A DNA stretch of 64,000 bases from Tepidisphaera sp. (GCA_050916045.1 CP051526.1:672001-736000); one strand, 5' to 3'. Positions 38,232-51,078 are shown, counted from the stretch's first letter. The notes: generated by a model not told the origin, from the letters alone. A program made the numbers and translations.

Positions 38232-38262
38232 ATTTCGCTCGGGAAGAGCACTGGAGCTTTCG

Positions 38263-40821
<2,559 letters not shown>

Positions 40822-40845
40822 AGGTTCGTGGGCGGCGGCCGGGGG

Positions 40846-42033
40846 TCACTTGGACAGGCCGAGGGCTTCGGCCACGGCCGGGTCGATGGCGCGTGAGCCT
40901 TTGGCTCCGGTCGTGAGCGCGAAGGAGCCGGCGTAGTCCCACATGCACCAGCCGATGGCGTGTTTCTCGCAGGCGGCGCGGACATCGCGGAGCCATGCGG
41001 CTCGGGATTCGGCGGGGGCTTTGGCGATGGCGCCAAACTCACCGCACCAGACGGCGACGTTGTGCTTTTTGGCCCAGTCGGCGGCTTTGGCGATCTGCTT
41101 GTCGATCTTGGCGGCGTTCCAGGCTTGGTCGCCGTACCACTTGGCTTCGGCTTTGGCGGCGGGGTCGGCGATTTTGTCGAGGATGGGTTTGAGGAGCTCG
41201 GGCGAAACGGGATAGGGGATGGCGGCGAGGTGCTTCCAGTTGTCGCTTCCCCAGGTGGCCCCTTGGTGGGTGAAGGTGCGGGGTTCGTAGAAGTGGAAGG
41301 TGTAAACGACGTTGGTGTCGGCGAGGGGGGTCAGCTCGGTGAGAGCGGAGAGGCTTGCCCACTGGGTGCCGGTGGCGATGATGGTGTGTTTGGGAGCGGC
41401 GGCGCGGATGGCTGCGGCGAGCTTGGTTTGGAGGTCGTGCCAGCGGGGAGCCGTCTTGTCGAAGACGGGCTCGTTCATGATCTCGAGGAAGACGCGTTCG
41501 GGGTCTTTGGCCGAGAGTTCGGTGGCGAGGGCGGTCCAGTTTTCGAGGAGGGCCTTCTCGAGCTTTTGAGCGAGCGGCTTGGTGGCGTCGTGGAGGTTTT
41601 TCTCGTACTTGGGTTCGACGGCGGTGCCTGTGGGGTGGAGGTCGATGACGACGGCGAGATCGGCTTCGAGGATGAGGTCGACGGCCTCGGAGAGCTTCTT
41701 GACGTTCGCTTTGGTGATTTTGCCGCCGGCTTCGGTGAAGAACCGTGTGGGGTCGATGGGGAGTCGGACGTGGGTGAGGCCGGCTTTCTTGAGGGCGGCG
41801 GCGTCGTCCTTGGAGAGGAACGCGGGGTCGGCGAAAGCACCGCCCGGCGGGAGCCAGTACCAGTGGGAGAGATTGACGCCCTTGGCGAGCTTGGCGAGGC
41901 GTGCGGCGGGGACGCCGGGCTCGGCGGCGGGGGTGGTTTCGGGAGCTGTGGAGATGGGAGGGGAGGCGATCAGGAACGCCAGCGAGCATCCGAGGAACGA
42001 GACCAGCGTGGTTGTCAGCACAGAGCCTCCCAA
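40846..42033 (-). CDS. Glycoside hydrolase family 5 (cellulase-like); start uncertain
   Basis: GVNL, HVRLPI, IDLH, NEP, FHFY, GEFG, W.Y motifs. Confidence 0.9.
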   Translation of the reverse strand: MGGSVLTTTLVSFLGCSLAFLIASPPISTAPETTPAAEPGVPAARLAKLAKGVNLSHWYWLPPGGAFADPAFLSKDDAAALKKAGLTHVRLPIDPTRFFTEAGGKITKANVKKLSEAVDLILEADLAVVIDLHPTGTAVEPKYEKNLHDATKPLAQKLEKALLENWTALATELSAKDPERVFLEIMNEPVFDKTAPRWHDLQTKLAAAIRAAAPKHTIIATGTQWASLSALTELTPLADTNVVYTFHFYEPRTFTHQGATWGSDNWKHLAAIPYPVSPELLKPILDKIADPAAKAEAKWYGDQAWNAAKIDKQIAKAADWAKKHNVAVWCGEFGAIAKAPAESRAAWLRDVRAACEKHAIGWCMWDYAGSFALTTGAKGSRAIDPAVAEALGLSK

Positions 42034-42089
42034 GAGCCGCGGCGTGCGCGGCTCTTGCGGTCATCATATTCGAATGCTCGGGCTTGCCG

Positions 42090-43802
42090 TCAGACGGGCA
42101 GGTCGTCGAGGCCGTCTTCGCCGCGGTCGGGGCCTCCGCCGTCGCGATGGCCGTCCACGGGGCCGGTGCGGCGGCCCGGGGCGAACCCGGCGGAGCGGCC
42201 GGTATCGAAGGGGGGCGGTTCGTTTGCGTCGGGCGGCGGGGCGTAGGTTCGCGGCGGCGGGGGAGCGGCGGCGGGCCGGTCGTTGTAGCGGTCGATGTCC
42301 ATCGGCGCCTGGGCGTGCTCGTCGAGGTTCTTGAAGCGTGTGGTGGCGGCGTCCCACTTGAGCTTGACGACGCCGGTGGGGCCGTTTCGCTGTTTGGCGA
42401 TGATGAGTTCGGCGACGCCGATCTTGTCGGGGTTCTCGATGGCCCAGTTCTCGTCCTGAACGTGGTAGTAGTCCTCGCGGTGGAGGAGGATGATGACGTC
42501 GGCGTCCTGTTCGATGGAGCCGGATTCGCGGAGGTCGGCCATGCGGGGGCGGTTGCCTTCGCGTTGTTCGCTGGCGCGGTTGAGCTGGGCGAGGCAGACG
42601 ACGGGGAGGTCGAGCTCGCGGGCAAGGGCTTTGATGCCGCGGGAGATGGTGGAGACTTCGACCTGGCGGCTTTCGCGGGCGGCGCCGGGGGAGGTGAGGA
42701 GCTGGAGGTAGTCGATCATGATGCACTTGATGCCGTGCTGTCGCACGAGTCGGCGTGCGCGGGCGCGGAGCGTCATGACGGTCATGTTGGGCGTGTCGTC
42801 GACGAAGATGGGGGCTTGTTCGAGTTCGCCGCAGGCTTGGATGACGCGTCGGAAGTCGACGCCGTGTCCGGAGCGGAGGTTGTGGCTTGAGATTCCGGAG
42901 CGCGCCGAGATGAGACGCTGGGTGACGGCGGACTTGGACATTTCGAGGGAGAAGAAGCCGATGGGGACGCGGGGGACATCTTCGCGGACGAAGGAGAGGC
43001 CGCCGAGAGCGATCTGTTCGGCGAGGTTGAGCGCGAGGGCGGTTTTGCCCATGCTGGGACGGGCGGCGATGATGACGAGTTCGCCGGGCTGGAGGCCGCG
43101 GAGCATGTCGTCGAGTTCGGTGTAGCCGGTGGGGACGCCGCTGAAGCCCTTGCCGTCCTGGGCTTCGAGGCGATCGATCTCGTCCTGGAGGAGCTTCTTG
43201 AGTTCCTGGGGTTCGCTGACGGATTCGTCTTCGGCGATCTCGAAGACTTTGGTTTCGGCGACGTCGATGACCTCGCGGACGCCTTCGGGGCCGAGGTCGC
43301 TTCCGACGTGGTAGGCGTCATAGAGGATCTTGCCGGCGGCGTCGATGAGTCGGCGGAGCTTGGCTTTGTCGGCGACGATGCGGGCGTAGAAGGGTGCGTT
43401 GACGGCGGCGGGGACGGCTTCGGCGAGTTCGAGGAGCTTGGCTTCGCCGCCGATCTGCTCGTAGACGCCCATCTGGCGGAGGCGTTCCTGGGTCTGGACG
43501 AGGTCGCCGGAGTGGTGGCGGTCGAAGACCTCGATGAGGGCGCGGAAGATCCATCCGTGCTCGGCGATGTAGAAGTCCTCGGGCCTGCGGACGATCATCA
43601 TGACGTCGCCGATGACGTTGGGGTCAAGGATCATCGAGCCGAGGAGGGAGATTTCGGCTTCGGCGGAGAAGGGAGCTTCGCGGTCGAAGAGCTTGCCGAG
43701 GGGCTTGCCGGCCGCGGCTTGCGGATCGCCGCCGCCCCTGCCGCGCCGGGGCAGGTTCTTGGGGTCGTAGCGGCTGAAATCGAAGGTGTCCGAGGTGGTC
43801 AT
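42090..43802 (-). CDS. dnaB: Replicative DNA helicase
   Basis: AARPSMGKT, FSLEM, IDYLQL, LAQLNR, DLRESGSIEQDAD, KQRNGPTG. Confidence 0.97.
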   Translation of the reverse strand: MTTSDTFDFSRYDPKNLPRRGRGGGDPQAAAGKPLGKLFDREAPFSAEAEISLLGSMILDPNVIGDVMMIVRRPEDFYIAEHGWIFRALIEVFDRHHSGDLVQTQERLRQMGVYEQIGGEAKLLELAEAVPAAVNAPFYARIVADKAKLRRLIDAAGKILYDAYHVGSDLGPEGVREVIDVAETKVFEIAEDESVSEPQELKKLLQDEIDRLEAQDGKGFSGVPTGYTELDDMLRGLQPGELVIIAARPSMGKTALALNLAEQIALGGLSFVREDVPRVPIGFFSLEMSKSAVTQRLISARSGISSHNLRSGHGVDFRRVIQACGELEQAPIFVDDTPNMTVMTLRARARRLVRQHGIKCIMIDYLQLLTSPGAARESRQVEVSTISRGIKALARELDLPVVCLAQLNRASEQREGNRPRMADLRESGSIEQDADVIILLHREDYYHVQDENWAIENPDKIGVAELIIAKQRNGPTGVVKLKWDAATTRFKNLDEHAQAPMDIDRYNDRPAAAPPPPRTYAPPPDANEPPPFDTGRSAGFAPGRRTGPVDGHRDGGGPDRGEDGLDDLPV

Positions 43803-44364
43803 GGGGAGGGTGCGGGCGGGTGGCGGAGGGGGGCGGTCCGGGGAGGCAAAAGTAGCGTCGGCGGGCTGGTTCGACGCCGCAAGCGACATCATCTCAGGTG
43901 GTTTTCCACAGGCGCTGCGGGGCGCAGACCCCGCAAAGCCCCGTCGGGGCGGGATGGTCGGGGCCTGCTCGGGGCTTTGCGTCGAGCCGGTCGGTCGAGC
44001 GGTTTGGCGGACTGAACTCTGAGCCGGTGAGCGAAAGAGCTTGTCGGGATCGGGCGTGTGTCGATCACGCGACGGGAACGAGAACGCGTTCGCGTCCGTG
44101 CGCGGTGTTGATGCGCGTTGGCGATTGAGCACAAACAGGTCAAGGCATGCCCCGTTCGTTCAACAATTGACCTGAGTGTGCGTCGTGATCCCCCTGTCAC
44201 ATTGTCAGACGGCGGTTGCTCTCTGCCAAAGGCTGCATGAATTGAAGCGGGCACCGTTGCCGGCGCATGCGGCGTGGGCGCATGTGTGGCATCACGCTTG
44301 CAAGCGTCTTCGTCTGCGATGAACTTTCGATTCAGAAAGATCACGCGGAACAAGGAGACAGGAC

Positions 44365-45120
44365 ATGAAAGTGGCATTCTCTCTTTCGCCGGGTGTGGTT
44401 GCGAGTTCAACGATCATCGCTGCCGGAGTGATGAGTGCCTTCGTGGCACCCTCTTCGCAGGCTGGAATCGTTGTCGAGAACGTTCATCGGTCGGGCCGGT
44501 GGCTCGTTGAGACGGTTGCACATGTTACCCCTTACCTGAGGAGTGAGGACGGGTTTGACACGACCTCGACGTTTGACACCGGCCGCTACGACAACTGGAA
44601 GCAGTCCTATTTCGCTGGGTTCGCGGGTATTCCGGTTGTCTACACAAATCCTCCTGATGGACATCTGCACTATGGGTTGGCTGGAGGCTATGCCACTTCG
44701 GTTCCGTATCACGAAGTGATGGGATCGTACATCAACGGCGAGACTCTGATGTACAGCGTCGGCGGCGAAGCAAACGTCGTGGATTGGACTGGGGCTTCGG
44801 TACGGGGCGTTCTCGATGCCACGTTCGTGATTAACGGGCCGTCGGAGTTTGACTTTCATTCTTGGGGTGACGGAGCTGCTTCGGTCTTTCTGTGGAACGA
44901 CTCAGGGGATGTTCTCTTGGGTGACTCCGGGACCTTCGCTCACCGAGGAACTCTGGGTCCTGGGAGATACCGGGTCTTGGCAAACTATGACCTCGAGAAT
45001 GGGAGTTCAAACTCCGACAAACGGGGTGGAATTTGGGTGTCGATCCCCACGCCCGGGTCTCTCGCGATGATGGGGCTAGGCGGGCTTCTTGCCTTGCCGC
45101 GTCGTCGTGGCAATGCTTGA
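44365..45120 (+). CDS. PEP-CTERM-type sorted surface protein
   Basis: Signal peptide; C-terminal IPTPGSLAMMGLGGLLALPRRR. Confidence 0.8.
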   Translation: MKVAFSLSPGVVASSTIIAAGVMSAFVAPSSQAGIVVENVHRSGRWLVETVAHVTPYLRSEDGFDTTSTFDTGRYDNWKQSYFAGFAGIPVVYTNPPDGHLHYGLAGGYATSVPYHEVMGSYINGETLMYSVGGEANVVDWTGASVRGVLDATFVINGPSEFDFHSWGDGAASVFLWNDSGDVLLGDSGTFAHRGTLGPGRYRVLANYDLENGSSNSDKRGGIWVSIPTPGSLAMMGLGGLLALPRRRGNA

Positions 45121-45209
45121 CTTCTTCGCACCAGACTTCCTCGACATTGGCTTTGTGAAACACAGAGTGAATCATCGTGATTCGGTAACCACTTCTTGCA
45201 AAGGACCCC

Positions 45210-45737
45210 ATGCTCCACGAATTCTCCGGCGACATTCTTCTCTCCTCGGCCGCGGTGATCGCGCACGGCGTTGCGCCGAACGATCCGTTCCATTCCGGGC
45301 TCGCGCTTCAGCTTCGCGAGCGGTTCCCGGCGATGTACAAGGATTTCAGGCACTATTGCCAGACGGCGCACCCGAAGCCAGGCGAGATATGGGCGTGGGC
45401 GGGCGCTGGTCCCGACGGTCCGGTGCGCATCGTCGCGCTCATGACGCAGGAGGGCGGCTATGAGCACGGGGCCAAGCCCAAGCCCGCGTCGGTGTCGCAC
45501 GTGGGGCATGCTCTCAAAGCGTTCCGGAAGTGGATCGACGACGAGAAGCCCGCGAGCGTCGCGATTCCGAAGCTTGCGACCGGTGTCGGCGGGCTTGAGT
45601 GGGAGCAGGTGCACCCGCTGATCAAGCAGCATCTGGCCGGGAGTGTTCCGGTGTATCTGTACTCGACGTACCACAAGGGCGTGAAAGCGGCGGAGCCCGG
45701 GCCGCGCGTGGTTCGTGAAGTCACGCCGCACCACTGA
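45210..45737 (+). CDS. Macro domain protein (TARG1/DarG-like)
   Basis: GDIL, GLALQLRERFP, VAIPKLATGVGGLEWEQV. Confidence 0.8.
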   Translation: MLHEFSGDILLSSAAVIAHGVAPNDPFHSGLALQLRERFPAMYKDFRHYCQTAHPKPGEIWAWAGAGPDGPVRIVALMTQEGGYEHGAKPKPASVSHVGHALKAFRKWIDDEKPASVAIPKLATGVGGLEWEQVHPLIKQHLAGSVPVYLYSTYHKGVKAAEPGPRVVREVTPHH

Positions 45738-45770
45738 TCGCTTCGCCCACGCGACGAAACGAATTCTCTG

Positions 45771-45799
45771 GCAGAGCCCGCGATCGCGGGCTCTGCTTT
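45771..45799 (+). terminator. Terminator-like perfect palindrome
   Basis: GCAGAGCCCGCGATCGCGGGCTCTGC then TTT. Confidence 0.65.
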
Positions 45800-46005
45800 C
45801 GATTGGCGACAGCGTGAAGTGGGTTGGACTCGGTCCGAGAATCGGGCATCGGTCCCTGTCAGGGGTCGTCATCCTCCCAGACCGACTCGGAGGCAGTGCG
45901 GGATGCGGATGTGGGTGGCCGGGTTCGTGCGCGAATGCGACGGTTGGTTTGGTGTTTCGCCGGGACCTTGTGCGGGGCTTGGCGAACACCCGGGGATGCA
46001 CACAC

Positions 46006-46572
46006 ATGACCAGCCGCTCACTGACCAGGTTCGCCTGTCTCGCCGTAGCTTCGGTCGGCGCTTCCGCGCATGCGCAGTCGCAGGACTTCATCTTTGATTT
46101 CCGGAGCGACATGGTGTGTGCGACGGGCAGGATCTCGGGGCTGATGAACAGCGATGGTTGGGTGTCGATTCTGGACGGCGAGCTTGAGGTGATCGCGGGC
46201 GCGCATGCGGGCAGGTATGACCTGATCGACAATCCCGGTGGAACGTCGGCGTCGATCAGCCCGGCCGGATACTTCATCTATGACAATCAGCTTGCCCCGG
46301 GCGAGCCGTCCTCGCTGAACACGTACGGGCTGCTTTTCGGCGCAGGCGGGACGGAGATCAACATCTGGGGCAACGGCGCGAATAACCCGTACACGTTCTA
46401 TGCGCGGAACGGGTCGGCGATCCTGTCGAGTGACGGCGGCTTTACGATCGCATCGATCCCGGAACCGGCGGGCGTGGAGCTCGCCGGGCTGGGACTGGGC
46501 GCTGCTTGTGCGGTTCGTCGTCGCGTGTCGCGTCAGCAACCGCGTTCGAAGAGCTCGACGTACGCGTCGTAG
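46006..46572 (+). CDS. PEP-CTERM protein
   Basis: Signal peptide ASAHA; IPEPAGVELAGLGLGAACAVRRR. Confidence 0.8.
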   Translation: MTSRSLTRFACLAVASVGASAHAQSQDFIFDFRSDMVCATGRISGLMNSDGWVSILDGELEVIAGAHAGRYDLIDNPGGTSASISPAGYFIYDNQLAPGEPSSLNTYGLLFGAGGTEINIWGNGANNPYTFYARNGSAILSSDGGFTIASIPEPAGVELAGLGLGAACAVRRRVSRQQPRSKSSTYAS

Positions 46573-47381
46573 TCGAAGAAGTCGGCGAAGCCGTCGCCGT
46601 TCACGTCGGCTGTCCGGCCCTCGCCGCAGAGGCCGGTTTCAAAGCACGTGACGAAGTCGTCGTAGTCGAAGAAATCGACGAAGCCGTCGCTATTGAAGTC
46701 CGCTTGGCAGGCGTTGCCGCCGAGAACGATCCGGAAGTCCAGTTGAGCGTCGGCGAACGACTGGTCGCCGATGGTGTCGAGATCGTTGTGGTGCGCGAGA
46801 GCGAGGACGTCGTACTCGCCCGGGGGAACGACGCGCGACCAGGTCTGCGTGCTCCAGGCCGCTCGGAGTCCGGGCTCGGTGGTTCGAGCGCCGTCGCGGA
46901 GGATGTCGAAAACGGGGATCGTCGTCGCGAGATCGACCAGAGCGAAGGTGAGATTGCCCGAGGTCGTCGCGGATGAGCCGATCGGACGGGCCGCCGCGGA
47001 GAACTCGATCGTGACGAGTGTCGGCTCAGTGAAGCGGAGACGCACATCCAGGCGTTCGAGGCCGGTGTCGATCTCCGCGAACATCGCGCTGCGGTAAAGA
47101 CCGGTGAAGCCGCCGCGGATGAGCTGGGTCGTGACTTCGACGTCGTGCTGGGCTCCGCGCGGGAGGGTGACCTCCCACAAGCCAGGGCCGACGAAGGTCG
47201 CTTCATCGACCCAGTCACCGAGGCCGCGGTCCAGATATGGGAAGCTGTCGCGGGTCCACTGCAAGAAGCTGTAGCGGGAGAGGAGCTCAACATCGGCGTG
47301 TGCGGAGCACGCGCCGGCCAAGGTGGACATGGCTCCAAGCAACAAACGAGACTTGCACAGAATCTGGGCGATGCTATTCAT
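46533..47381 (-). CDS. Secreted protein with GC-type dockerin tail
   Basis: Signal peptide; CQADFNSDGFVDFFDYDDFV...ADVNGDGFADFFDYDAYVELFERGC. Confidence 0.8.
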   Translation of the reverse strand: MNSIAQILCKSRLLLGAMSTLAGACSAHADVELLSRYSFLQWTRDSFPYLDRGLGDWVDEATFVGPGLWEVTLPRGAQHDVEVTTQLIRGGFTGLYRSAMFAEIDTGLERLDVRLRFTEPTLVTIEFSAAARPIGSSATTSGNLTFALVDLATTIPVFDILRDGARTTEPGLRAAWSTQTWSRVVPPGEYDVLALAHHNDLDTIGDQSFADAQLDFRIVLGGNACQADFNSDGFVDFFDYDDFVTCFETGLCGEGRTADVNGDGFADFFDYDAYVELFERGC

Positions 47382-47564
47382 CTCGACCTCCCTCGGATTC
47401 GACTTGGAACAAGATTATAAGCGAGGGACGTCTGCTGCGCCAAGGGTTTGTGAATCAATCCGAGGGAGCCGGTGTGTGCGGGTGCTCAGCTTGGAGAACT
47501 TCCCAGATTCACCTTTCCCGGCGGTGGGATGGCCGGCCGGAAGTCACGGGGTCGTAAGGTGGGT

Positions 47565-48551
47565 ATGCTGCGGGCGATGCTGAACCTCTGTCGCTTTTAC
47601 GGGATTGGTGTGCTTCTCACGGTGCTGGGGCTTGTGGCGTGTTCGTCGCCATCGCCCAACGCTCCGGGGGCGGCTCGCGAGCCCGGGGTGGTCCGCGTGA
47701 TGTCGTTCAACATCCGGTACGGGACGGCTTCGGACGGGGACCACGCTTGGCCGAAGCGCAGGGGTCTGGTTCTGGGTTTGGTCAACGAGAAGCCATACGA
47801 CATCATCGGGGTGCAGGAGGCGCTGCGGTTCCAGATTGATGAGATTCTGGCTTCCAATCCGGATCTGGCGAGCGTCGGGGTCGGGCGGGATGATGGGAAG
47901 GAGAAGGGGGAGCATTCGTCGATTCTGTATCGCAAGAGCCGGTTGACGCCGGATGCGGCGAATCAGGGGACGGTCTGGCTTTCGGATACGCCGGGCGTTT
48001 CCGGGTCGAAGCACTGGGGGAACGGGATCACGCGGGTCTTCACGTTCGCGCGGTTCACGTACGAGGGGGGTGCTTTCTGGGTGTACAACACGCACTTTGA
48101 TCATCAGAGCGAGCCTTCGCGGCAGCGGTCGGCGGAGGCGATCGCAGCGCACATGGCCAGACACACGGGGCGGGAGCGTGTGCTCGTCACCGGGGATTTC
48201 AATTGCGATGAGCGGAGCCGGGCGATCAGGTACCTCAAGGGTGAGGTTGCGGTCGCGTGGGAGAACGCGATGAACACGACGCCTCCGCCCTCGCCGAAGC
48301 TTGTCGACACGTTCCGGGTGCTTTATCCCGACGAGCGTGCGGTCTCGACGTTCCAGGGGTTTGGCGCGAAGGTCGAGCCGGGTGTGGGTGTCGGAGCGTG
48401 GGGGGAGAAGATCGACTATGTCTTCATGGGCGCGGGGGAGCGCGGCTGGCCGCGGGTTTTGGAAGCGGCGATCGACACGCGGACGTTCGGGCCCGGGCCG
48501 ACGAAGTATCCGAGCGACCATTGGGCCGTGACGGCGACGCTGAGCGAGTGA
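47565..48551 (+). CDS. Endonuclease/exonuclease/phosphatase (EEP) family lipoprotein
   Basis: VMSFNIRY, GVQEA, NTHFDH, GDFN, IDYVF, PSDH. Confidence 0.9.
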   Translation: MLRAMLNLCRFYGIGVLLTVLGLVACSSPSPNAPGAAREPGVVRVMSFNIRYGTASDGDHAWPKRRGLVLGLVNEKPYDIIGVQEALRFQIDEILASNPDLASVGVGRDDGKEKGEHSSILYRKSRLTPDAANQGTVWLSDTPGVSGSKHWGNGITRVFTFARFTYEGGAFWVYNTHFDHQSEPSRQRSAEAIAAHMARHTGRERVLVTGDFNCDERSRAIRYLKGEVAVAWENAMNTTPPPSPKLVDTFRVLYPDERAVSTFQGFGAKVEPGVGVGAWGEKIDYVFMGAGERGWPRVLEAAIDTRTFGPGPTKYPSDHWAVTATLSE

Positions 48552-48729
48552 GACCGGCTTGGCCAAGGGGAAAGCCCCGGTTCACGGGCCGGGTGTGAGG
48601 TGGTTGGTGGGGGGGCAGAAGCCGTCGCTGCTGAAGTCCGCGCTCTGGCCGGCCGGGCATGGCTCTGGTGCGATCCTTCTCATCCCGGGACCATGCCGGG
48701 GTTGGGTTGGGGCCCGCATAAGTCTGGTC

Positions 48730-48924
48730 ATGGACCGAACACTTCGCCTCGTGATCACGATCTTTCTTGTGCTTCTTCTGATCGGCATGATGCCGGTCTG
48801 GCCGTATGCGAGCGGCTGGCGGTTTGGGTGGTATCCCACCGGCGGGCTCGCGCTTGTGCTCATCGTCATCGTCGTGATCGGGCTGATGGGCGCGGACCGC
48901 CCGGGCTCGCGGCCGCGGCTTTGA
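48730..48924 (+). CDS. DUF3309-like small membrane protein
   Basis: LLIG.MPVWPY..GW..GWYPTGGLALVL. Confidence 0.75.
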   Translation: MDRTLRLVITIFLVLLLIGMMPVWPYASGWRFGWYPTGGLALVLIVIVVIGLMGADRPGSRPRL

Positions 48925-48951
48925 TGGGCGTGGGTGGTGCGGCGAGCGGCT

Positions 48952-49227
48952 TCAAGGGGCCGGTCGCCGGCTGAACTCGGCCCAGAACTCCGCCGAAGGT
49001 TGGACGACCCGCACGTCGAAATCGACGAGGTCGGCCCAGCGGTCGATCCAAGGTTGCAGGGCTTCGCGGCTCGGCGCTTCCATGAGCTGGAAGCACCGCG
49101 AGCCGTCGGGCTCGACCCAACTGGCGACGTACGAGATGTTGTCGGGCATCATGCGACCGGAGGCGCGGAACCGCTCGCCGACCGCGGCCGGCCCGGCTTT
49201 CATCGTTTCGATGACCATGTAGAGCAT
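48952..49227 (-). CDS. DUF3303-like protein
   Basis: MLYMVIE..GRMMP..SWV..RCFQLME..W.DLVDF. Confidence 0.75.
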   Translation of the reverse strand: MLYMVIETMKAGPAAVGERFRASGRMMPDNISYVASWVEPDGSRCFQLMEAPSREALQPWIDRWADLVDFDVRVVQPSAEFWAEFSRRPAP

Positions 49228-49446
49228 GGGCGGGGTACGTCGGTGGTGGGGGCGGGGTTCGAGGATGGTGGGTTGTGCGACCTCGGGAATACCACGAAAG
49301 GTGGGACTCCTAGCCGTCGATCGTCGATCTGGCCGCCTGAGCGTCACGCGCTGGTTCAAGCCGTGAGTCGCTGTCGCACGCCCCAGAACGCCCGCCTGAA
49401 GCATAGCGATTTCCGCCCACGATCGGCGGGAACTCGGATGCGTCGA

Positions 49447-50484
49447 TCACTTCTTCTCGCCGTGCCCATGCTCGAGATGCTCTTTGAGGAAATCGCGGCC
49501 GAAGTCGCGTTCGCGATCGCGCCAGACGGTGTGGACGTGGTTGGCGTTGTTCTGCGTGTTGTCGTACTCGATTACGAAGGTGGGGCCGCTGAGGCGGTAG
49601 TAGTGTCCCTCGCCAAGCCGTTCGGAGCCGATCCAGGCGAAGCGAACCTTGTCGATGCCGGCTTTGTTGATCCGATCGAGCTCGTGCGTCGCGAGATCGT
49701 GCTTGAGGTTGCCCGCGAACTCGCTGAGCAGGCGGTGCACGAGCGTGCGCTGCGCGGCGTCCATCGAGGAGACGGGAAGGCCGGTGGTGGTGATCTCGTC
49801 CAAGCCGCGGCCTGGAACGGCGAGAATGTCGCCCGGGACGGTGTCGCTGAGGATGGCTTCCTTCCGCTGCTCGGGCGTGAGCGAAGCGAGCAGTTCGCGG
49901 GCGAGGTCTTCCTCCGCGGCGAGCACACGGACACCGGCACGCGGGCCTTGCTTGACCTCACCGGGGTTCGCTCCGAGGAACGCGGGCGTGACAGCGGTGG
50001 CTTCGCCCGAGCCGGTGAAATTGAGGGAGATGTGATGGCCTTCGAGCTTCCACCCCCAAGGGCCAGCCCCGGGCGAGCCGAAGATGGCGATGGAGTACGC
50101 GAGAGGATCCCGGCGGGGTCCTTTGCCCTTTTCCATGTCGAGGAGGACCGAATCAAGGAGCATGATCTCCTCGACCTTGTTCATGCCTTGCGAGGAGAGA
50201 GCGGCCCGCAGGAGACGCCGGGCGGCGAGCTTTTGATCGTCGTTGAGCTCGCTGAACTCGACGCCGGCGCGGTCGCGGGGAATGTAATGCCAGTCGAGGC
50301 GGGCTTTGTCGTCGAAGGGGAGGGCGGCTTTGGTGCGAAGCGGCGCGGTGAGCGAGGCCAGAAAGTCCGTGGCGGCCGAGGCCATGGGGTTCTTGGGTGC
50401 GGGGCGGGCGATCCATCCGGCCGCGGCGATCGCGGTGACAGTGAAGAGCAAGGGCATGAGCCAGCGGCGGGACGGATTGGGCAT
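49447..50484 (-). CDS. DUF3500 protein, secreted
   Basis: WHYIPR, WGWKLEGHHISLN, IEYDNTQNNANHVHTVWRD. Confidence 0.85.
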   Translation of the reverse strand: MPNPSRRWLMPLLFTVTAIAAAGWIARPAPKNPMASAATDFLASLTAPLRTKAALPFDDKARLDWHYIPRDRAGVEFSELNDDQKLAARRLLRAALSSQGMNKVEEIMLLDSVLLDMEKGKGPRRDPLAYSIAIFGSPGAGPWGWKLEGHHISLNFTGSGEATAVTPAFLGANPGEVKQGPRAGVRVLAAEEDLARELLASLTPEQRKEAILSDTVPGDILAVPGRGLDEITTTGLPVSSMDAAQRTLVHRLLSEFAGNLKHDLATHELDRINKAGIDKVRFAWIGSERLGEGHYYRLSGPTFVIEYDNTQNNANHVHTVWRDRERDFGRDFLKEHLEHGHGEKK

Positions 50485-50580
50485 GGCAATTCTCCGCGGA
50501 GTCGAGGTGAAAGCGAGTGGTGAAAGCGGCTTCGGTGACACCGAAACGGCGGGGCTCGGAACCGTACGCGGGCACTTGAT

Positions 50581-51078
50581 TTACGATTTTCCTGTCAGTT
50601 CGATCCGCAGGGTCCCACTCGTGCATTTCGGGCATGGGGCCTTCGGTCGTTTCGAACGCCGGAGTCCCAAGACAATCAAAGGGGCGAGAAGGCAGCCATC
50701 GCGATCGTTCGGATCAAACAACCGGTGCTGCCCGCACGCTTTGCATAGGTGCAGGGCGGCGGTGGTTCGGTTGATGCTGGGGCCCCGCCGGGGAGGACCG
50801 CGTTCCGGCGGAGAGGCGAGTTTGGTCAGGTCCCGGTCGCAGTAGTAGTCCAGATGTCCGCACGCCAAGCAAAGAAGGGGGTGGCGACAGATCATTCGGC
50901 CCGCTCGTTCAAGTTCGGACAGTGTCTTGCCCGTGGCTCCTTCCGCCGTCCTGACTTCGCGAGGGTGCGGGCAGTTGAGTTCGGACCCGTCGTCCAAGAC
51001 GACCAAAACGATCGACTCGACAAAGTCCTCGGTCGCGAAGTCGCACTGGTTACACGAGACTTTCTCGATCGACGGCAT
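50581..51078 (-). CDS. Hypothetical multi-CxxC zinc-binding protein
   Basis: CNQC, CPHP, CLAC, CKAC and CPKC motifs. Confidence 0.6.
   Translation of the reverse strand: MPSIEKVSCNQCDFATEDFVESIVLVVLDDGSELNCPHPREVRTAEGATGKTLSELERAGRMICRHPLLCLACGHLDYYCDRDLTKLASPPERGPPRRGPSINRTTAALHLCKACGQHRLFDPNDRDGCLLAPLIVLGLRRSKRPKAPCPKCTSGTLRIELTGKS

Noticed and set aside
48553..48610. Cobalamin riboswitch-like GGGAA..CCGGT segment
   Set aside because: Lacks the GCCACTG/B12-box elements, and the downstream gene is unrelated
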